The notes under the pieces: generated by a model
Told to the model about the DNA's origin: nothing
Database searches by the model: none
The model's input: only the letters and a program-made list of their open reading frames with translations
In this document: positions 59,987-64,000 of the stretch, in pieces
How positions within the stretch are numbered: the stretch's first letter is position 1
How the letters are laid out: the number at the start of each line of letters is the position of its first letter
Source: Desulfatiglandales bacterium
GTDB taxonomy: Bacteria; Desulfobacterota; DSM-4660; Desulfatiglandales; Desulfatiglandaceae
Assembly: GCA_963662465.1 (NCBI GenBank)
Contig: OY759599.1
Span: forward strand, 3,808,001-3,872,000
Direction of reading: 5' to 3'
Length of the DNA: 64,000 nucleotides
Made by a program: the position numbers and the translations under genes

Positions 59987-60670
59987 CTAAATTCGTTTTT
60001 CCGACTCTTCAAGAATCTTTTCAACTAGTTCAGCGTAAGGACTGTCCTTTGGGAAAGCATCTGTCAATAGCGTTGCATAACCCGTTATCTTTTCGAGCGC
60101 TTTTGCTTGAACATTGATGACGGTCTCATATTCTTTCTGGATACCGAACAGATGATCAATTTTTCCGCCCAATGATCTTAATAAGGTTTGAAGCCGATCA
60201 TCCGGAAGATCTTCTCTATTAATCAATAGCTCCAGAACTTGATGATGAAGTCTCTTGTAGGTTCCAATGGTTTTTTCCGAATCAATGAAACGCCTGTATT
60301 GCAGGACCCTTTCGATTTTTTCTTTCAAATCATGGAGTGGAACGGGTTTTAGGATGTAATCAAAGGCGCCCAATTTCATGGCTTCCACGGCTGTGTCCAC
60401 TGTGGCGTAACCCGTGATCATAATCACCTCGGTGGCAGGCGCATATTCTCTCGCATGTCTCAAAAGGGTCATGCCGCCCTCCCGGTTGCCATCGCGATCG
60501 GGCATGTTCTTATCCGTCAGAAAAAGGTCATAGTTATTTTGGCTGAGCAACGCCAATGCCGTGTCCACGCTTTCAGCCAGGTCCACCCGGTATCCAAGAC
60601 CCGTCAAGTAATCAAAAAGCATATCCAGAATGTCCTTTTCATCGTCGGCAACCAGTATTTTTGCTTCCAT
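59987..60670 (-). CDS. Response regulator (receiver domain plus helical tail)
   Basis: ILVADDE, TDKNMP, ITGYA, FDYILKP. Confidence 0.88.
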   Translation of the reverse strand: MEAKILVADDEKDILDMLFDYLTGLGYRVDLAESVDTALALLSQNNYDLFLTDKNMPDRDGNREGGMTLLRHAREYAPATEVIMITGYATVDTAVEAMKLGAFDYILKPVPLHDLKEKIERVLQYRRFIDSEKTIGTYKRLHHQVLELLINREDLPDDRLQTLLRSLGGKIDHLFGIQKEYETVINVQAKALEKITGYATLLTDAFPKDSPYAELVEKILEESEKRI

Positions 60671-60890
60671 TTCTCTCTCTCACCTTACCCAGGTTAACTT
60701 CTTTGAATAAAAGCCCCAAAAGTCGAGCGCAAAAAAGGTGGAAATAAGCGTCTCATAATTTTATCCGGGGTAGTTTATTGCAAAGCAGCCGAAGCGTCAA
60801 GAATGAATTCTTTTTCACACGAAAACAAGCATTTTGCGAAAACGGCGTCGAATGTAGGATGATTTAATGGGTTTGGGGGCGCTGGTGATA

Positions 60891-61847
60891 CTATTTGGAG
60901 ATGATGCGAAAAAGATCATTAATCAATTCAGTGGCCATTCGCACATAGATGTGGGGCGGGAAATTTTCAAGGTTCATGCCTAAAGCGCCCAGGGCAGCCA
61001 GGAGGCAGCTCATGGCGTCATGTTCGCTGCATTCCAGAGCGATGCATTGTTTGCGAATGATCTGTTTTGTGAAAAGAGCGGGAAATTTAAAGCTTCGCGC
61101 CAATTTCATCAAATCAAAAAATGCAAAGCCCCTTGTGGATGAACCGGCCCAGTCAATGACCGCAAACTTCGGGGATGTTTTACCGGGCTCATCGGGCCCC
61201 GGCAGCATGATGTTTCCTTTCCACAGATCATTATGCGCCAGGATAGTTTGAGGTTGCCAGGCCCCGGATTCAATACGCTTGATGGAAAGCCTTGCCTCCT
61301 GCCTGAGATCCATGGGAAAATTTTCGTCTTCGGTAAATGCCCTTAGCGGCGCAATGGCGGTTTGTTCCATGGCAGGGTCGAGGATGGGCCTTTTCGACTT
61401 TCGAACCACTTTTGTTAACCAGGCCGTTACCGGCCATGCGAGTTTTGCTTTTTCCCAACGCCATTGCCAGGGATTTTCGGAAAGGGGCTGCTTCATGGTA
61501 AAAAGGGCCCAGGTCAATCCTTCAAAGCGACCTTCTTTAACAGGCATCTGAATGGTATCGCCCAGAGGCGTGTTCAGCAGTTCTTTTGCCTGCCTGGCCT
61601 TTTCCACGTTTCGCGCGATCAGACCGGGATTGCGAGTGTTTGAGCAGAGAAGAAATAATTGGGGTTGTTCATCGGCATTTTTGAAAATGGACTTAAAGGA
61701 GGCATCGGCCGGCGCATCTGCCAGGCTCAAGGTACTCGGTAAAAATGGTGATTTTTCAATAACGACGCCCGACCGTTTCGCTTCCTCCCCGGTTGCAACG
61801 TATTTTCTCAAGGCCTCTACCGGGGCCGGCGTTTTTGAATCCGTCAT
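60891..61847 (-). CDS. Aminoglycoside-phosphotransferase-like kinase
   Basis: HNDLWKGN (Brenner motif) and VIDW. Confidence 0.72.
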   Translation of the reverse strand: MTDSKTPAPVEALRKYVATGEEAKRSGVVIEKSPFLPSTLSLADAPADASFKSIFKNADEQPQLFLLCSNTRNPGLIARNVEKARQAKELLNTPLGDTIQMPVKEGRFEGLTWALFTMKQPLSENPWQWRWEKAKLAWPVTAWLTKVVRKSKRPILDPAMEQTAIAPLRAFTEDENFPMDLRQEARLSIKRIESGAWQPQTILAHNDLWKGNIMLPGPDEPGKTSPKFAVIDWAGSSTRGFAFFDLMKLARSFKFPALFTKQIIRKQCIALECSEHDAMSCLLAALGALGMNLENFPPHIYVRMATELINDLFRIISK

Positions 61848-62010
61848 GTTTTCTCTCCAAATGGTTGTCTTGTATCTTGACTAATATAAGGACTGCGTTA
61901 CATAATACGCCGCTAAAAGAGATCGACCCTCAATCAAGCTGTCATTATTCGTTAATGACGGCATATTGTCAAGGGGTTGGCCAGGTATGTTCAAAAAGTC
62001 AAAAAGGAGA

Positions 62011-62826
62011 ATGTTTGTGGATGATGAGCAACTAAAAAAATATCTGTTGATGGCTGTTCGTGCGTCCATGATGGCCGCTTCAGCCATCATGGAGGTTTAT
62101 TCACGGGCTGATTTCAATGTGGATATGAAATCAGATAATTCACCGCTGACGGATGCGGACAGAAAAGCCCATGAAATTATTGTGGATGCATTGAAGCATA
62201 CGCCGATTCCCATTCTCAGCGAAGAAGGGCGTGATATCCCTTATGTTGAACGTAAGGATTGGGACCCACTGTGGATTGTAGACCCCCTGGACGGTACAAA
62301 AGAATTTATCAAGCGAAACGGCGAATTTACGGTGAATATTGCGCTTATTCAGGATAATTCGCCTGTTTTCGGTGTGATTTATGCCCCTGTTTTGAAGCGA
62401 CTCTATTTTGGCGGTCGTGATTTCGGCGCTTATGGTTGCACCCGGGAAATGGAGGCCCTCCCCGACCGTCTGGATGAATTGATGAAGCAGTGTGATAAGC
62501 TGCCGTTGAAGATTTCCCGTTCTTCCTATGTGATTATGGGTTCCCGTTCCCATGCGACCCCTGAATTGGAAGCGTTTGTTCAGAAAAAACGAACGGAAGT
62601 GGAAGCGGTTGAATTTATATCGGCGGGCAGTTCTTTAAAGATATGCCGGGTGGCGGAAGGGGCCGCGGACATTTATCCGCGGCTGGGACCCACCATGGAA
62701 TGGGATACCGCGGCAGGTCAGGGCATTGCCGAGGGGGCGGGCCGAAAGGTGTTGCTCTGGGAAACAGACGAGCCACTCATGTACAACCGAGAGAATCTAC
62801 TGAATCCATGGTTTGTGGTTCAATAA
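62011..62826 (+). CDS. cysQ: 3'(2'),5'-bisphosphate nucleotidase
   Basis: SPLTDAD, LSEE, DPLDGTKEF, GSSLK, GPTMEWDTAAG. Confidence 0.95.
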   Translation: MFVDDEQLKKYLLMAVRASMMAASAIMEVYSRADFNVDMKSDNSPLTDADRKAHEIIVDALKHTPIPILSEEGRDIPYVERKDWDPLWIVDPLDGTKEFIKRNGEFTVNIALIQDNSPVFGVIYAPVLKRLYFGGRDFGAYGCTREMEALPDRLDELMKQCDKLPLKISRSSYVIMGSRSHATPELEAFVQKKRTEVEAVEFISAGSSLKICRVAEGAADIYPRLGPTMEWDTAAGQGIAEGAGRKVLLWETDEPLMYNRENLLNPWFVVQ

Positions 62827-62849
62827 AAAAAGAATGGATAAAGGGTGCT

Positions 62850-64000
62850 ATGGAAAATCATGATGCCGCCCATGGGGGCGAACTGGTTCAGTTGATTGTC
62901 GACGGGGACAGAGCGGAAGCCTTGAAGGATCTGTCAAGGGATCTGGAAAGTGTGACGCTGTCCGATTGCGCCGTGTGTGATCTGGAATTATTGATGAATG
63001 GCGGTTTTTCACCTTTGACGGGGTTTTTGAATCAAACGGATTATGAATCGGTCCTGGATCGGATGCGGTTGAAGGACGGCGCCCTCTGGCCGATTCCCAT
63101 TTGTTTGGATATCTCGGAAGGACAAGCCAAAAGCCTTGATGTGGGTCAATCCGTGGCCATTCGGGACAATGAAGGTTTTATGCTGGCGGTCATGCGTATT
63201 GAGAGTATCTGGCCCATCGATAAAAAGCGGGAAGCTGAAATCCTCTTTGAGACCCATGATGATCAGCACCCGGGCGTAGACCATCTGTTTAACGGAAAAG
63301 GGGCCTATTATATCGGCGGCGCCATTGAAGGACTCCAATTGCCCTTGCACTCCGCCTTCAAACGATACCGCCATACGCCGGTGGAGCTGCGGGCTCTTTT
63401 CAAAAAACTGGGCTGGCGGCGGATTGTGGGGTTTCATACGCGAAACCCCCTGCACAGGGCACAATTTGAAATGACCTTGAGGGCCATGGCCAAAGCAAAG
63501 GCAGGTCTTCTGTTGCATCCCGTGGCCGAGCAGGTCCGGCAGGGCGAAATTGATTATTACACCCGAATCCATTGTTACCTGGAAGCGGCCAGGTATTATC
63601 CCCCCAACATGATGCTGTTAAGCCTGCTCCCCCTTTCCATGAGAATGGCCGGACCCAGGGAGGCTTTGTGGCATGCCATTGTCAGAAAAAACCATGGTTG
63701 CACCCATTTTATCGTGGGGCACGGCCATGCGGATCCCGGCATGGGGAAAAATGGTGAATTATGGTATGAGCCGGATAGCAGTTGGGAACTGATGAAGCGT
63801 TACGCCGATGAAATCGGGATCGAGGTGGTTTCATTTGACGAAATGGTCTATTGGGTGGATGAGGATGTGTATCTGCCCGTCAGTGAGGCACCTGCCGGCA
63901 GCCGGACCCTGTCGCTTTCCAACGATCAGTTTCATAAGAAATTGAGAACCAGCCGGCGGGTCCCGGAATGGTTTACCTTCCCCGAAGTGGTGTCGGCGAT
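62850..64000 (+). CDS. sat: Sulfate adenylyltransferase-like protein (possibly Sat/CysC fusion), runs off the window
   Basis: Own translation: HGG, DLELLMNGGFSPLTGF, WPIPI, TRNPLHRA, MRMAGPREALWHA..RKN.GCTHFIVG, VPEWFTFPEVV; absent from the ORF track because there is no stop in the window. Confidence 0.85.
   Translation, partial: MENHDAAHGGELVQLIVDGDRAEALKDLSRDLESVTLSDCAVCDLELLMNGGFSPLTGFLNQTDYESVLDRMRLKDGALWPIPICLDISEGQAKSLDVGQSVAIRDNEGFMLAVMRIESIWPIDKKREAEILFETHDDQHPGVDHLFNGKGAYYIGGAIEGLQLPLHSAFKRYRHTPVELRALFKKLGWRRIVGFHTRNPLHRAQFEMTLRAMAKAKAGLLLHPVAEQVRQGEIDYYTRIHCYLEAARYYPPNMMLLSLLPLSMRMAGPREALWHAIVRKNHGCTHFIVGHGHADPGMGKNGELWYEPDSSWELMKRYADEIGIEVVSFDEMVYWVDEDVYLPVSEAPAGSRTLSLSNDQFHKKLRTSRRVPEWFTFPEVVSA

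Noticed and set aside
62850..62880. Possible frameshift at the sat start (MMPPHGG would need one more C)
   Set aside because: ATG 62850 already gives an open frame; cannot be decided from this sequence
1..64000. tRNA or rRNA genes
   Set aside because: None recognised by eye; a tRNAscan-SE/Infernal run would be needed to exclude them

Overview
The gene content suggests an anaerobic deltaproteobacterium (Desulfobacterota-like; inferred). 0-15 kb: two acyl-CoA ligases, a HAAT/Liv-type ABC transporter under a sigma-54 promoter, the adjacent sensor kinase/NtrC-type regulator operon with a second binding-protein paralogue, and a PaaK-like ligase with an ACT protein. 15-27 kb: signalling genes and an exopolysaccharide locus (rfbD, rfbB, Wza-like exporter, glycosyltransferases, acetyl/acyltransferases). 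27-56 kb: a mosaic accessory region whose first ~21 kb lies between two copies of the acyltransferase-GT2 block. It holds TA-like pairs, an internally deleted group II intron, an IS with TIRs and a 9-bp TSD, IS200, an IS630 remnant, a tyrosine recombinase broken at a T9 tract, several secreted proteins, an S74-chaperone fibre protein and a PEP-CTERM protein. Two observations stand out. (i) A compact candidate RiPP operon: PqqD/RRE-HprK-like kinase fusion, nucleotidyltransferase, and two tandem small peptides with an identical 37-aa YxxP-containing segment and variable tails, with no lasso cyclase. (ii) A lattice of diverged non-coding repeats carrying NrdR-like boxes and dif/Xer-like core sites that fall on cassette breakpoints. 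56-64 kb: AEP-primase/SF2 helicase/PLD fusion, Sfp-type PPTase, response regulator, APH-like kinase, cysQ, and the start of a Sat-like gene with altered catalytic motifs. All family calls come from motif recognition by eye; no database search was run.
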